Positions 11,400 through 20,877 of a DNA stretch of 64,000 bases are shown piece by piece. The position numbers and the translations under genes are program-made. This DNA is from Pseudomonadota bacterium (GTDB lineage Bacteria > Myxococcota > JACRCW01 > JAFGSX01), in NCBI GenBank assembly GCA_043821645.1, contig JBDRCO010000113.1, forward strand, positions 32,001-96,000, given 5' to 3'. The notes below the pieces were generated by a model that saw nothing but the letters and a program-made list of their open reading frames with translations, searched no databases and was not told where the DNA came from. How positions within the stretch are numbered: the stretch's first letter is position 1; every line of letters starts with the position of its first letter.

Positions 11400-13331
11400 G
11401 TGCGCACCTCGCTCAGCATTCGCATCTTCCTGGGTTTTCTCGCCATGCTGGCGGTTTTCGGCGGCTCGTCGGTGTACGGCATCCTGCGCATGGACGCCAT
11501 CCGCCAGGACCTGCAGTTGACCAGCCAGGGCTACCTGCAGCTCACGCGATCCCTGACCCAGGTCAAGACCATCGCCGAGTCCCGCGATGCCTACGTCGAG
11601 CGCGCCCTGGCCGAGACCGACCCGCGCGTGCGTCAATACCTGGTCCGCTATGCGCGCGACTTCTATCCGCGGGTGCTGCGCGAGCGCCTGGCCGAGCTGG
11701 CGCAGTCGGCGCGCCGGCTCGCGGGGCAATCCCTGCCCGCCTCGGATGCCACCTTCGCGTCCGAAGTGGCTGCCCGCCTGGACCGCGCGGTGGAGCTCAA
11801 CCGGGCAGCGGACAGCGCCGCAGCCGAGTTCTTCGAGCTCGTGGCCGAGGCGCCCACAGCGATCCCTACCGAGGTCCTGGCACGACAGAAGGACAGTGCC
11901 ACCGCGCTCGGCCGCGAGCTCAAGCTGGTCTCGCTCAACCTCGACAACAAGATTGCCCAGGGCGTGCTGCGCGCCGAGGAACAGGAACGCAACGCCGTGT
12001 GGGCCCTGATTGCCCTGGCGCTGGCAGGCGTGGTGGTGGGCCTCACCATCACCGTGGTGCTGACGCGGGCGCTGCGCCCCCTCACCGACCTGACCGAGGC
12101 CGCGCGCGCCATCAGTCGCGGCGCCTTCGATGTGCGCATCGAGGCCACCCGCCGCCATGACGAGATAGGGACCCTGGCCCTGAGCTTCGCGGACATGGCG
12201 CGCGCGCTGCGCGATCGCGAGGTGGTGCTGGCGCGTCGCCGCGTCGAGTTCGAGAGCCTGAACGCCTTTTTGGAGAACGTGCTGCACTCGGTGAGCACGG
12301 GCGTCGTGGTGTGCAACCGCGAGCGCGGGATCACCGTGGCCAACCGGGCGGCGCGACGGCTCATGGGCCTGACCCTGGTGGACCCCGTGGGCCGCAGCAT
12401 CGATGAGATACCTCTGGGAGGCCTGCTCGAGGAGCACTGGACCGAGATCCAGCGTGTGCTCGACGACGCCACGCCGCTCAAGCGCGAGGCGCAGGCTCTG
12501 CGACCGGCCGACGGCCCTAGCGTGCTGGTGGACCTGCGCGTGCTGCCCTTCACCCAGCCCGGCGCGCCTTCCAATGTCGGCGGATGGGTGTTCCTGCTCG
12601 ACGACGTCTCGGAGCGTGAGCGCACCCGTGAGCGCTTGCTGCAGAGCGAGCGCCTGGCCGCCATGGGACGCCTGGCCGCCCAGGTCGCCCACGAGATCCG
12701 CAACCCGCTGTCCTCGATCGGGCTCAACTGCGAACTCCTCGCCGACGACCTGCAGCGGGTGGCCGCGGACGATGGCGACGTGCAGCGTTTGCTGGGCGCC
12801 ATTGCTGCAGAGATTGACCGCCTCACCGAGATCACCGACGGCTATCTGCGCTACGCGCGTCTCCCCGAAGCTAGCCTGCGGCCGGCCGACGTGGGCGACG
12901 TGGTGCGTGACGTGGCTGATTTCGTCCGCGCCGACCTCGAGCGCCGCGGTCTGTCTCTCGAGTTGCAGGTGGCCCGGGACCTGCCCTCGCTGTCCGTGGA
13001 CCCCTCGCGAGTGCGCCTGGCCCTCCTCAACCTCCTGCGCAACGCCGCGGACGCGACCCTTGACGGCGGTTCCATCCAGCTGTCGGTGGACAGGGTCGAC
13101 GACGCGGTGCAGATCTCCGTCGACGACCACGGCGCGGGCGTGCCCGAGGAGTTGGTGCCAAAGCTGTTCGAGGCTTTCTTCTCGACCAAGCCGGATGGGA
13201 CGGGCCTGGGCCTCAGCGTGACCCGCGATGTGGCCCTCGAGCACGGTGGCGTCGCAGGCTATGAGCCACGCTCGGAGGGAGGCTCGCGGTTTTTCCTTCG
13301 GCTGGCGGCCTTGCCTCCGCAAGATGGGTAA
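11400..13331 (+). CDS. Membrane sensor histidine kinase (TM-HAMP-PAS-HisKA-HATPase)
   Basis: Two TM segments, HAMP (HDEIGTLA..F), AHEIRNPL, NLLRNA, DHGAG, GTGLGL. Confidence 0.93.
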   Translation: MRTSLSIRIFLGFLAMLAVFGGSSVYGILRMDAIRQDLQLTSQGYLQLTRSLTQVKTIAESRDAYVERALAETDPRVRQYLVRYARDFYPRVLRERLAELAQSARRLAGQSLPASDATFASEVAARLDRAVELNRAADSAAAEFFELVAEAPTAIPTEVLARQKDSATALGRELKLVSLNLDNKIAQGVLRAEEQERNAVWALIALALAGVVVGLTITVVLTRALRPLTDLTEAARAISRGAFDVRIEATRRHDEIGTLALSFADMARALRDREVVLARRRVEFESLNAFLENVLHSVSTGVVVCNRERGITVANRAARRLMGLTLVDPVGRSIDEIPLGGLLEEHWTEIQRVLDDATPLKREAQALRPADGPSVLVDLRVLPFTQPGAPSNVGGWVFLLDDVSERERTRERLLQSERLAAMGRLAAQVAHEIRNPLSSIGLNCELLADDLQRVAADDGDVQRLLGAIAAEIDRLTEITDGYLRYARLPEASLRPADVGDVVRDVADFVRADLERRGLSLELQVARDLPSLSVDPSRVRLALLNLLRNAADATLDGGSIQLSVDRVDDAVQISVDDHGAGVPEELVPKLFEAFFSTKPDGTGLGLSVTRDVALEHGGVAGYEPRSEGGSRFFLRLAALPPQDG

Positions 13332-13827
13332 TAGTTTAATTATATCTTTATCTTACAATTTTTTTGGCCTCTCACTTCACATGCAGCGGACGGCGGCAGG
13401 GTCGGGCAGCCCGCCTGGCCCGAGTATCCGTCTGTGTGGCACGACGGGCCCTGAGCCGACGATTCTCACGCTTTTCCTGATGGCACATGCACTACATGCA
13501 CTGTCACGTGCTGAACAGTCCGAAAATCGAACTTCAATCGGTGGGTCTCACTGGGTTTTTTGCAACGACTGGTCTTTTTCAGATGCTGTCAAAACCGATG
13601 CTGCCTTGAAGAAGGGACTGATTTGCGGCGCGATCACAAGTTTTCAAGATCGTGTTATTGCTTGCAGTTTGATCGCTGGAGGCCAGGCAGAGGGCCAGGG
13701 TCGTTTATTTTTATTTGTTATTTCATATAGATACAGAACTTTTTGATATCACATGTTTTTTTGTAACCACCCTGAGGGGTGTGCAAATCTTAACCACCAC
13801 GATTGTTGAAACGCGCTTTTTCAAACC

Positions 13828-13855
13828 TTGACAAGGATCGGCCCCTGGCTAAGAT
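13828..13855 (+). promoter_or_regulatory. Putative sigma70-type promoter
   Basis: TTGACA (13828-13833), 16-bp spacer, TAAGAT (13850-13855), at the end of an AT-rich tract and directly before a structured region. Confidence 0.6.
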
Positions 13856-13860
13856 GCCAA

Positions 13861-14080
13861 GCAGTTGCGACGGGCTCTCTCTTGGAGGACGAACTGGGTT
13901 GACGTTTGGCGGACAGACAATCCTCGTAGCCATCTGGTCCTTCCGTTGAACGTCATCCCTGTTGGTCGGCCGAGAGAAGAGCCGCTCACGGTCGCCCTAG
14001 ACCTCAACACACACCGAGGTCTTCTGGTCTCCGGGTCGCCCCAAGGGGCGGCCCGGAGGCTCCCCCGTCTCCCCCGGACT
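13861..14080 (+). ncRNA. Candidate structured small RNA (long rod plus two hairpins)
   Basis: Manual pairing: rod 13867-13995, hairpin AGACCTC/GAGGTCT 13999-14022, GC-rich hairpin 14029-14058; lies just downstream of the promoter; no credible ORF. Confidence 0.55.
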
Positions 14081-14184
14081 TCCTGTCACCCCTGCATAGG
14101 TTCTTCAGCAGTGAGCTGCGACCAAGGAGACAGGCCCCCAGTGTGCTGCCAGCCCCCTGGCGAGATGCAGCACAGTCCCGGGAC

Positions 14185-14553
14185 ATGAACTCCCTGCGCA
14201 ACGAACTCGTCGAGCAGCTGGTTCGCGAGCTGTGGCACGATCCGACCCAGGCCAGCCGCAACCGCCACTTTCAAGCCTTCCAGGGCGACCTGGGGCGCCG
14301 CGCCCTGCGCTGCTATCGCCTGCTGCGCTCGCTGCGCCGTGAGCTCCTGCTCGCCGACCGGGTGACGGTGGAGCGTGATGGGCGTGGCACCTCCGTCATG
14401 GTCGAACTGCACGGCGTGCATGCCCGCCGGCGGGTGTCCCTGACGCCCCGACTGTTCGCCTTGCTCCAGGACGACGAGGAACTGCGCCATCGCCTGCCGG
14501 GAGACGTGGCTGCGGGAGGTCCGATCGAGGGCCCGCTGCGCGGCCTCAGTTGA
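14185..14553 (+). CDS. Hypothetical protein
   Basis: 122-aa ORF (SRNRHF motif) that resembles small myxobacterial hypotheticals from memory; converges on the next gene. Confidence 0.7.
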   Translation: MNSLRNELVEQLVRELWHDPTQASRNRHFQAFQGDLGRRALRCYRLLRSLRRELLLADRVTVERDGRGTSVMVELHGVHARRRVSLTPRLFALLQDDEELRHRLPGDVAAGGPIEGPLRGLS

Positions 14554-17500
14554 CCTTGTCGAGGATCTGGGAGTCGCTCTGTGTCCCCGCACGCCAGGTC
14601 AGGGTGGTGCGGTCCCGCGCCGTGTGATCGTCGAAGTCGAAGTTGTCCACCTTGAGCTGGAACAGGGTCCAGAAATGGTTGCCCGTGGGGATGTTGTCGA
14701 TCCGGGTCTCACCGCCCAGCTCGGGCAGGGTGATGGTTCGCGGGTCGCCCCTGACGATCACGGTCCACAGCGGCGTGAAGCTGTCGTTGCCGGAGTCGTA
14801 GACCGAGATGATGGTCATGTCAGGGGTGGCGCCCCCCGAACGCGCGAAGGTGAATCGGCCCTCGGTGGGGCTCTGGGTGGTGCCATTCTGGAACGAGCTG
14901 GAGGTGAACTGCGGGAAGAACACCCAGGTCGACAGCATGGGAGGCGACATGCTGGTCAGATTGCGCACGAAGGAGTTGGCAGTGGGGGTGGTGAAGTCCA
15001 CGATGGTGTTGCCATCGACCACCGGGGCGGAGACGTAGCCGCGTACCGTGTAGGTCCAGGCTCCCCGCAGCAGTGGCACGGGGCCGAAGTTGATGCCCGA
15101 ACCATCGCCCTTGAGCTGCCCCAGAAACACGAAGTTTCCACTGTTGCCCGTGTGCAGGTAGGCGTCCGCGGTGTAGGCCGTGCCGTTGGCCCCGAGGTAG
15201 GTCGGGTTGCTGTTGATGCTGGCGTTGAAGGCGACGGCAGGCACGTCGAGGTTGATGTTGTTGCCGCCGGTGGCTCCGCCTCCGCCTTGCACATTGATGT
15301 CGGTGGTGATGCCGTAGGTGGCGCCGATGGTGCCCCAGATGAAGAAGCCGAAGCCATCGTACCAGGCCGAGCCCAGCCAGCCCTCGCAGTTCTGATTGCC
15401 CTGCTGCTGGCACTGCGCCGTCCCCGACACGGGCTGGTTGCCACACACGCCGTCGACGGAATCCCAGAAGGCCACAGAGGCGATCACTGCGTGCACGCCG
15501 GGCGAAGAATTGACCGAGTAGCTGGCGTCCCCCAGCACGGTCGCGGTGCCGTCGGGGAGGACCAGGGAACACGTGGCCTGGTCGCTGCGAATCTCGATGG
15601 CCCAGGATTCGATTCCTGGCGGGTAGTTGCCGTTAAGGATATCGGAGTGCGACGGAACCACCTGGGCCACGCGGTAGTAGCGGTTGGCCGGGTTGCCCGT
15701 GGGGAGACCCGCATTGGACCAGCCCGTCACCGTTCCACTGATCACGCCGTGATCGTAGGGCTGCGCATTGGGGTTCTTGGGCGTCAACAGCACGGTCACA
15801 TTCTGCGCGTTGAGGCCGATGATGCTCGTGGTCTCGAAATCGGTGGCGCCGACCGTGATCATGAGCGGTCCCTGTAAAACCTTGTCACCCGACAGCACCG
15901 TCATTCCGTTCACGTCGGTGACACCCTTGTTGTACGAGCCCTCGGTCACGTTGCCGTCGTCACCGGCGAACACCACCGCGTTGCGCAGCCGGGTCAGGTC
16001 ATCGTCGCGAATGACCGTAATACTGAGGTTGTGAGCGATGGGACCGCCGCCGTGGACCGCGTCCTTGTCGGTGGGATCTACCACCTGCAGCACCTCGGTG
16101 TCCTCCTGACCCGTCTCGTTGTTGCGCACCAGCAGGGTCTTCTGCCCCTCGTTCATGGGCCCGCGCGAGCGGAAGGTCAGGATGTGCAGGTCGACCTGGT
16201 CGCGCTGCAGGTCGTCCACCGGGTTGCCGTCGATGGTGACCGTCATGTTGATGGCCTCGGCAAAACCTGTACCCACCACGGTGATGAAGGTGCGCCCAGC
16301 CTTGGACAGGATGCTGGGCGTCACGGTCTGGATGCGCGTGAATTCCCGGAAGGCCACACCCACCCACTCGGCCGAGGTCTCGAACTCCGTCTGCACCGTG
16401 ACCGGGATGTCCTCGCCCTCGGGATGCGGCGGTGCATTGCAGGTGAGCTCGGCCTGGTTGGTCACGATGACATTGGTTGCGGCCATGTTGCCGAAGAACA
16501 CCTGGGTGCTGCCAATGGTGAAGCCCTCGCCATTGACGGTGACGGTGTCACCCCCGGCCGAGGGCAACACCGTGGGCGTGACCTGGGTGATGACCGGTAC
16601 CCGATAATAAGTGAATCCATTTTCGAGCGTGGCGACGTCGGCCTGGCGGTGCGCGGTGACCGCCACAGGCTCTGACACCAGGGTTCCTGCCAGGGCGTAG
16701 GGCGGGGTCTGCACCCGGATGCTGGTGCTGGTCACCTGGTCGATGGCGGCCTCGGTGCCTGCAAACTGGATGGTGACCAGGCTGTCGAAGCCAGTGCCGG
16801 TGATCTCGACCTGGGTGCCACCCGCATTGCGGCCGATGCGCGGATTGACGTCGAGGATGCGCAGGGTCGTATCCGTCGAGCTGTAGTAGGTGAAACCGCC
16901 CGCCAGCATCCCTTCATCACCCGGCGCGCGGCGCACCACCACGTCGACGGAACCCGCGGTGCTGGCGACAGGCACCGTGGCGGTGATGGTGGTGGAGTTG
17001 ACCACCGTGTAGGTGACCGCGTCGTTGCCGCCAAACAGCACCGCGACGGCGCCATCAAAGGCACTGCCGATGATGGTGACCTGGCGGGTCTGGTTCATGA
17101 AGGCCCAGTTGGGGGTCACGCCCGAGACCACCACCGGATCGCGCACGGTCAGGCCCGCGGGCAACACCGCCTCCCGATTGTCGCCGTTGCGCACCAGGAC
17201 GTCGTAGCTGCCAACCGTGAGCGCGGGTAGCTGGGCCTCGATCGCGGTGTCGCTCGAGGAGATCAGGGCCAGCTGCTGCGTGCCGACGCGGACGACGGGA
17301 TCGATGGCGTCGACCACGAAGCCGCTGCCGTTGATGGTCAAGGTGGTCGCGGCATTGGCCGGGATGGCGAAGGGTGAGATGCCGGAGATGGTCACGGCCT
17401 GCTGATAGGTGAAGGCATCGAGCAGTTCTCCGGTGCCCGCCGACGAGGTGGCCTTGATGGAGACCACGCCGCGCGCGGCCGGCGGTGAGATCACGACCAG

Positions 17501-17746
17501 CTCACTGGCGGTGGCGGACTCGATGCTGGCGGCCGCCGTGCCAAAGGCCACGGTGGTGACGTTGGCAAGATTGGCACCAGCCAGGGTCACGGTGTCCGCA
17601 CCGCTGGTCAGGCCAATGCTTGGCGAGATCGCGATCAGGCTCGGTGCGGGGGGAGGCAGGGGTGGCGGCGGTGGATCCGGTGGAGGCTCACAACCCGCAG
17701 CACCCAGGACTCCCAACACCACAAGCCATGCGACATGACGATGCAT
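14546..17746 (-). CDS. Large IPT/TIG-repeat lipoprotein
   Basis: Signal peptide with LGAAGC, Pro-rich linker, about six repeats of the type I..(I/V).P..G...GG..V.I.G.GF, then a beta-rich C-terminal region. Confidence 0.9.
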   Translation of the reverse strand: MHRHVAWLVVLGVLGAAGCEPPPDPPPPPLPPPAPSLIAISPSIGLTSGADTVTLAGANLANVTTVAFGTAAASIESATASELVVISPPAARGVVSIKATSSAGTGELLDAFTYQQAVTISGISPFAIPANAATTLTINGSGFVVDAIDPVVRVGTQQLALISSSDTAIEAQLPALTVGSYDVLVRNGDNREAVLPAGLTVRDPVVVSGVTPNWAFMNQTRQVTIIGSAFDGAVAVLFGGNDAVTYTVVNSTTITATVPVASTAGSVDVVVRRAPGDEGMLAGGFTYYSSTDTTLRILDVNPRIGRNAGGTQVEITGTGFDSLVTIQFAGTEAAIDQVTSTSIRVQTPPYALAGTLVSEPVAVTAHRQADVATLENGFTYYRVPVITQVTPTVLPSAGGDTVTVNGEGFTIGSTQVFFGNMAATNVIVTNQAELTCNAPPHPEGEDIPVTVQTEFETSAEWVGVAFREFTRIQTVTPSILSKAGRTFITVVGTGFAEAINMTVTIDGNPVDDLQRDQVDLHILTFRSRGPMNEGQKTLLVRNNETGQEDTEVLQVVDPTDKDAVHGGGPIAHNLSITVIRDDDLTRLRNAVVFAGDDGNVTEGSYNKGVTDVNGMTVLSGDKVLQGPLMITVGATDFETTSIIGLNAQNVTVLLTPKNPNAQPYDHGVISGTVTGWSNAGLPTGNPANRYYRVAQVVPSHSDILNGNYPPGIESWAIEIRSDQATCSLVLPDGTATVLGDASYSVNSSPGVHAVIASVAFWDSVDGVCGNQPVSGTAQCQQQGNQNCEGWLGSAWYDGFGFFIWGTIGATYGITTDINVQGGGGATGGNNINLDVPAVAFNASINSNPTYLGANGTAYTADAYLHTGNSGNFVFLGQLKGDGSGINFGPVPLLRGAWTYTVRGYVSAPVVDGNTIVDFTTPTANSFVRNLTSMSPPMLSTWVFFPQFTSSSFQNGTTQSPTEGRFTFARSGGATPDMTIISVYDSGNDSFTPLWTVIVRGDPRTITLPELGGETRIDNIPTGNHFWTLFQLKVDNFDFDDHTARDRTTLTWRAGTQSDSQILDKVN

Positions 17747-17885
17747 TGCCCACTCCTTTGGCTTCGCTCGCACCACGCCAGACCAGCGCACGCCTGTACC
17801 CGGAGCGCCGATCCCGCGTTCCCAGACCCATATTATCGCATCCTGCGCCCAGGGAGTGCCCCCGGTGTCCCGGGCCCCCCGGAAC

Positions 17886-18716
17886 TCACCACCAGGGCTG
17901 GAGCTGCCCCTCGAAGACCACCTCGCTGGGACCGCGCAGCCAGGCCTGCCAGCGATCGTCGATGGTGACCTGCAGCAACCCACCTGGCATGCGCACCTCG
18001 ATCGATCGACCGGCCTCGACTTGCCCCGCGAGGATCAAGGCTCCGACCGCCGCGCAGGCTCCTGAACCACAGGCCAGGGTGCGGCCCACGCCGCGCTCGT
18101 AGACCTCGACCTCGCAACGATCGCCATCGATCCGCTGCACCCACTCGACGTTGGTCCCTTCGATGAAGGAGGGATGACCGCTCAGGGTGGCGCCCAGCGT
18201 TTCCACCTCGTCGGGCAGGCCGTGGCGGAGCAGCACGAGGTGCGGGTTGCCCAGGGACAGCGCAAAGGCGGGTACCTGGCTCGTCCCGAGGTGCATCAGG
18301 TGGCCCTGCCAGGTCTCCCCACCGGCCACACCCTCGCTCTGGACCGTTCCCATCTCGACCTCGACATCCGCCCGTCGCCCCTGGCCACCGCCATGGATCA
18401 CGCAGCGTCGCATACCCATGTCGGTCTCGAGGCGAAGCGAGGTCGGCAGGCCGTGCTGCCAGACCAGGTAGTGGGCAGCGCAGCGAAGGCCGTTGCCACA
18501 CATCTCGGCCCGGCTGCCATCGGCGTTGAGGAACACGACGCGACCGCCGTCCGGTGGGTTCGAGCGCACGAGGATCAGGCCGTCGGCCCCGATGCCCTCG
18601 TGCAGCGCGCACAGGTGCCGGGCGATTGCCGCGGGGTCCTTGACCGTTCGCTCTCCCTCGTCGAGGATGACGAAGTCGTTGCGGGCGCCGTGCATCTTCA
18701 CGAAGCGGAGTTCCAT
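17886..18716 (-). CDS. dapF: Diaminopimelate epimerase
   Basis: KMHGARNDF, GIGADG, NADGSRAEMCGNGLRC, GNPH, ERGVGRTLACGSGACA. Confidence 0.96.
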   Translation of the reverse strand: MELRFVKMHGARNDFVILDEGERTVKDPAAIARHLCALHEGIGADGLILVRSNPPDGGRVVFLNADGSRAEMCGNGLRCAAHYLVWQHGLPTSLRLETDMGMRRCVIHGGGQGRRADVEVEMGTVQSEGVAGGETWQGHLMHLGTSQVPAFALSLGNPHLVLLRHGLPDEVETLGATLSGHPSFIEGTNVEWVQRIDGDRCEVEVYERGVGRTLACGSGACAAVGALILAGQVEAGRSIEVRMPGGLLQVTIDDRWQAWLRGPSEVVFEGQLQPWW

Positions 18717-18717
18717 G

Positions 18718-19515
18718 ATGAAGCGCTCTCTTTTCGCCAGCCCACGCTATGGCCTGCTCGTCGTGGCGTCAATCGCGCTTGCCGGCCTGCTGGCCGCCTG
18801 TCCGTCGCGGACCCGGCTGGAGGGCGCGGACATGGATGCCCTGCGCGAGAGCTACCAGGGGCAGACCTTCTACCTCCGGCAGTCGCTCTACCATGGCCGC
18901 TTCTACGACGACGATCACCGACGCTTGGTGGACGCCCACGCGTTCAAGGACCTCAAGCTGATGACCGCGCCGGACGGTGAGATCATCATCCCGCCGCCCC
19001 CCGACGGCATCCTGCCCGCGGGCACCAGGGTCGAGGTCCTCGATGTGGAATTCCCGACCAGCGGTGCCATCGTCAAGCGCCCGCTGTTCACACCCCGTTA
19101 CAATGTCTGGGTCACACTCAAGGTCGGGCGCGTCAGTGGCGACCTCGCGTTGTTCAAGCCCGAGGAACACGTCTGGGTCCTGCCCACCACCGTGCGCAGC
19201 ATGGACGCGATCCGCGCGTCCCTCGAGGCCTTGCTGAGCGCGGAGCCCCTGGACCCCTGGCTTGCCCGACGCAGTGAGGCAGCGCGCCTGGCCATCTTCG
19301 AGAAGCGCGCAGAACAGGGGCTGAGCACCGAGGAACTCACCGCAGCACTGGGTCTTCCCGAGACCCTGCACCGCAGCTTCGAGGGCGAGCAGCGCATCGA
19401 GCGTGCGCTGTTCGGCGGGACGGAGGTCACCCTGGTCGATGGTGTGGTGACCGAGATCCGGGATGCGGCACCGTCGGAGAATGCGTCGTCGAGCAGCTCC
19501 AGCCCCGCCGAGTGA
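18718..19515 (+). CDS. Hypothetical lipoprotein (start uncertain; GTG 18763 is an alternative)
   Basis: Lipobox LLAAC; C-terminal GLSTEELTAALGLP is reminiscent of SmpA/BamE-like motifs. Confidence 0.7.
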   Translation: MKRSLFASPRYGLLVVASIALAGLLAACPSRTRLEGADMDALRESYQGQTFYLRQSLYHGRFYDDDHRRLVDAHAFKDLKLMTAPDGEIIIPPPPDGILPAGTRVEVLDVEFPTSGAIVKRPLFTPRYNVWVTLKVGRVSGDLALFKPEEHVWVLPTTVRSMDAIRASLEALLSAEPLDPWLARRSEAARLAIFEKRAEQGLSTEELTAALGLPETLHRSFEGEQRIERALFGGTEVTLVDGVVTEIRDAAPSENASSSSSSPAE

Positions 19516-19563
19516 GCCGCCGCAGCCCGGTGCCACCGTCTCCTGACACCAACGGAGCCCGTG

Positions 19564-20877
19564 TCATGACGAGGCGGCGGTACCCGCCACCCATCCGGTG
19601 AGGGCGCACAACCCGAGCCCTGCACCGTGAACCAGGCGGTCGTTACCCGCGATCACGGCCCCGGCCGCGAACAGCCCTGGATGCACCGGACGAATGCCAC
19701 TGGCGTCGAGGGGGCGCAGGGACTCGTCGACGAGCAGGCCCGCCCGCCACAGCGGACTCCCCTGACGCCCGGGGCCATGAACCAGGTCCGCCACCCGGGG
19801 ACGGACCAGCCGTGCGCCATCGGCAAACAACGGCGCCCCGCTGAGAACCTCACAACAAGAAGACAGGGCCGCGGCCGGCGCGGAGGTCCAGGACCCGGTC
19901 GCCAGTATCACCCGGCGGCAGTGCAGGGCCGAGCTAACGTGAGGGGCGGCGAACTCAACCCGGAGCACCGCGGGATCGTCGACGTGAATGCGCCCGATGC
20001 GCTGGCGTGCGACCTCCACCCGCGCGCGGCACAGACCGTTCTCGATCGCGCGAACCAGGCGAAGTCCAGGGACCGAGGGCAGGCCACCGCGCAGCTCGGC
20101 CACCGGGAGGCCGGCCAGGGCCTGCAGACGGAACAGCATCTCGCGATGGCGCTGCAGGCCGATCAGGGGCGGCATCAGCAGGCCATCGAGCTCGCTGCCG
20201 TGGCGCATGCTATCGAGGATGCAGCGCGCCAGGGAGTCCAGGGCAGGCTCGTCGTCGAGCCAGCGGGCAGCCTCCACCGGAGACAGGTGCTGGTCGCGGC
20301 CGCGGCGAAAGTAGGCGACGGTCAAGGGGTAGAGCTGCACCGGGTGCATCCCGGACGCGTGCTGGCGCAACACCGCTGCGGCGCCGCGGCCCTCGTGCGC
20401 ACCCAGCCCCGGAAAATCGACCAGTCCCCAGCGCTCGTCGCGAAGGGATCGGAGGTCCCCGCGCACCTGGGCGCGCGGAGCCCGATCTGCCAGCTGAACT
20501 CTGCCATCGACGTCCGCCAGCAGCAGGCCACACTGCGGTGGGTTCGCCCCCACCAGCTCGATGTCCAGCAGAAGGTCGGCGAGCAGGCCCAAGGCCTCGT
20601 TGAGGTGCTCGCGGCCATGGACACCGATCCGGGCATAGGGGTGCCAGGGTGCGAGGTGGGCCAGCTCGGCCACCCGCTCGGCCAGGAGGACCGTCGACGG
20701 ATCGGCGGCGCCGTCGTGCAGAGCGCCAGCCACGGCGATGCTTCCGGAGCTCATGCCGGTGTGCGACGCACCCGCGTGGCAGACCAGAACGCGCGCACCA
20801 CCGCGGGCGGCCACAGCGGCGGCCACGGCTCCGGCAATCCCGCTGCCGATCACCAGCACGTCGACGTGCGTCGTCAC
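19564..20877 (-). CDS. glpB: Anaerobic glycerol-3-phosphate dehydrogenase subunit B-like FAD protein (divergent)
   Basis: DVLVIGSGIAG, SSGSI, MPPLIGL, PSVPGLRL, LFAAGAVIAG, G.GLGLC..TG; overlaps the stop of the glpA-like gene. Confidence 0.7.
   Translation of the reverse strand: MTTHVDVLVIGSGIAGAVAAAVAARGGARVLVCHAGASHTGMSSGSIAVAGALHDGAADPSTVLLAERVAELAHLAPWHPYARIGVHGREHLNEALGLLADLLLDIELVGANPPQCGLLLADVDGRVQLADRAPRAQVRGDLRSLRDERWGLVDFPGLGAHEGRGAAAVLRQHASGMHPVQLYPLTVAYFRRGRDQHLSPVEAARWLDDEPALDSLARCILDSMRHGSELDGLLMPPLIGLQRHREMLFRLQALAGLPVAELRGGLPSVPGLRLVRAIENGLCRARVEVARQRIGRIHVDDPAVLRVEFAAPHVSSALHCRRVILATGSWTSAPAAALSSCCEVLSGAPLFADGARLVRPRVADLVHGPGRQGSPLWRAGLLVDESLRPLDASGIRPVHPGLFAAGAVIAGNDRLVHGAGLGLCALTGWVAGTAASS

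Noticed and set aside
13228-13746. 172-aa ORF across the AT-rich tract
   Set aside because: It overlaps the kinase 3' end, has atypical codon usage and no motif; the tract reads better as regulatory DNA.
13330-13860. Possible oriC or dif site in the AT-rich region
   Set aside because: I saw no clustered DnaA boxes (TTATCCACA), no XerD arm (TTATGTTAAAT) and no origin-associated genes.
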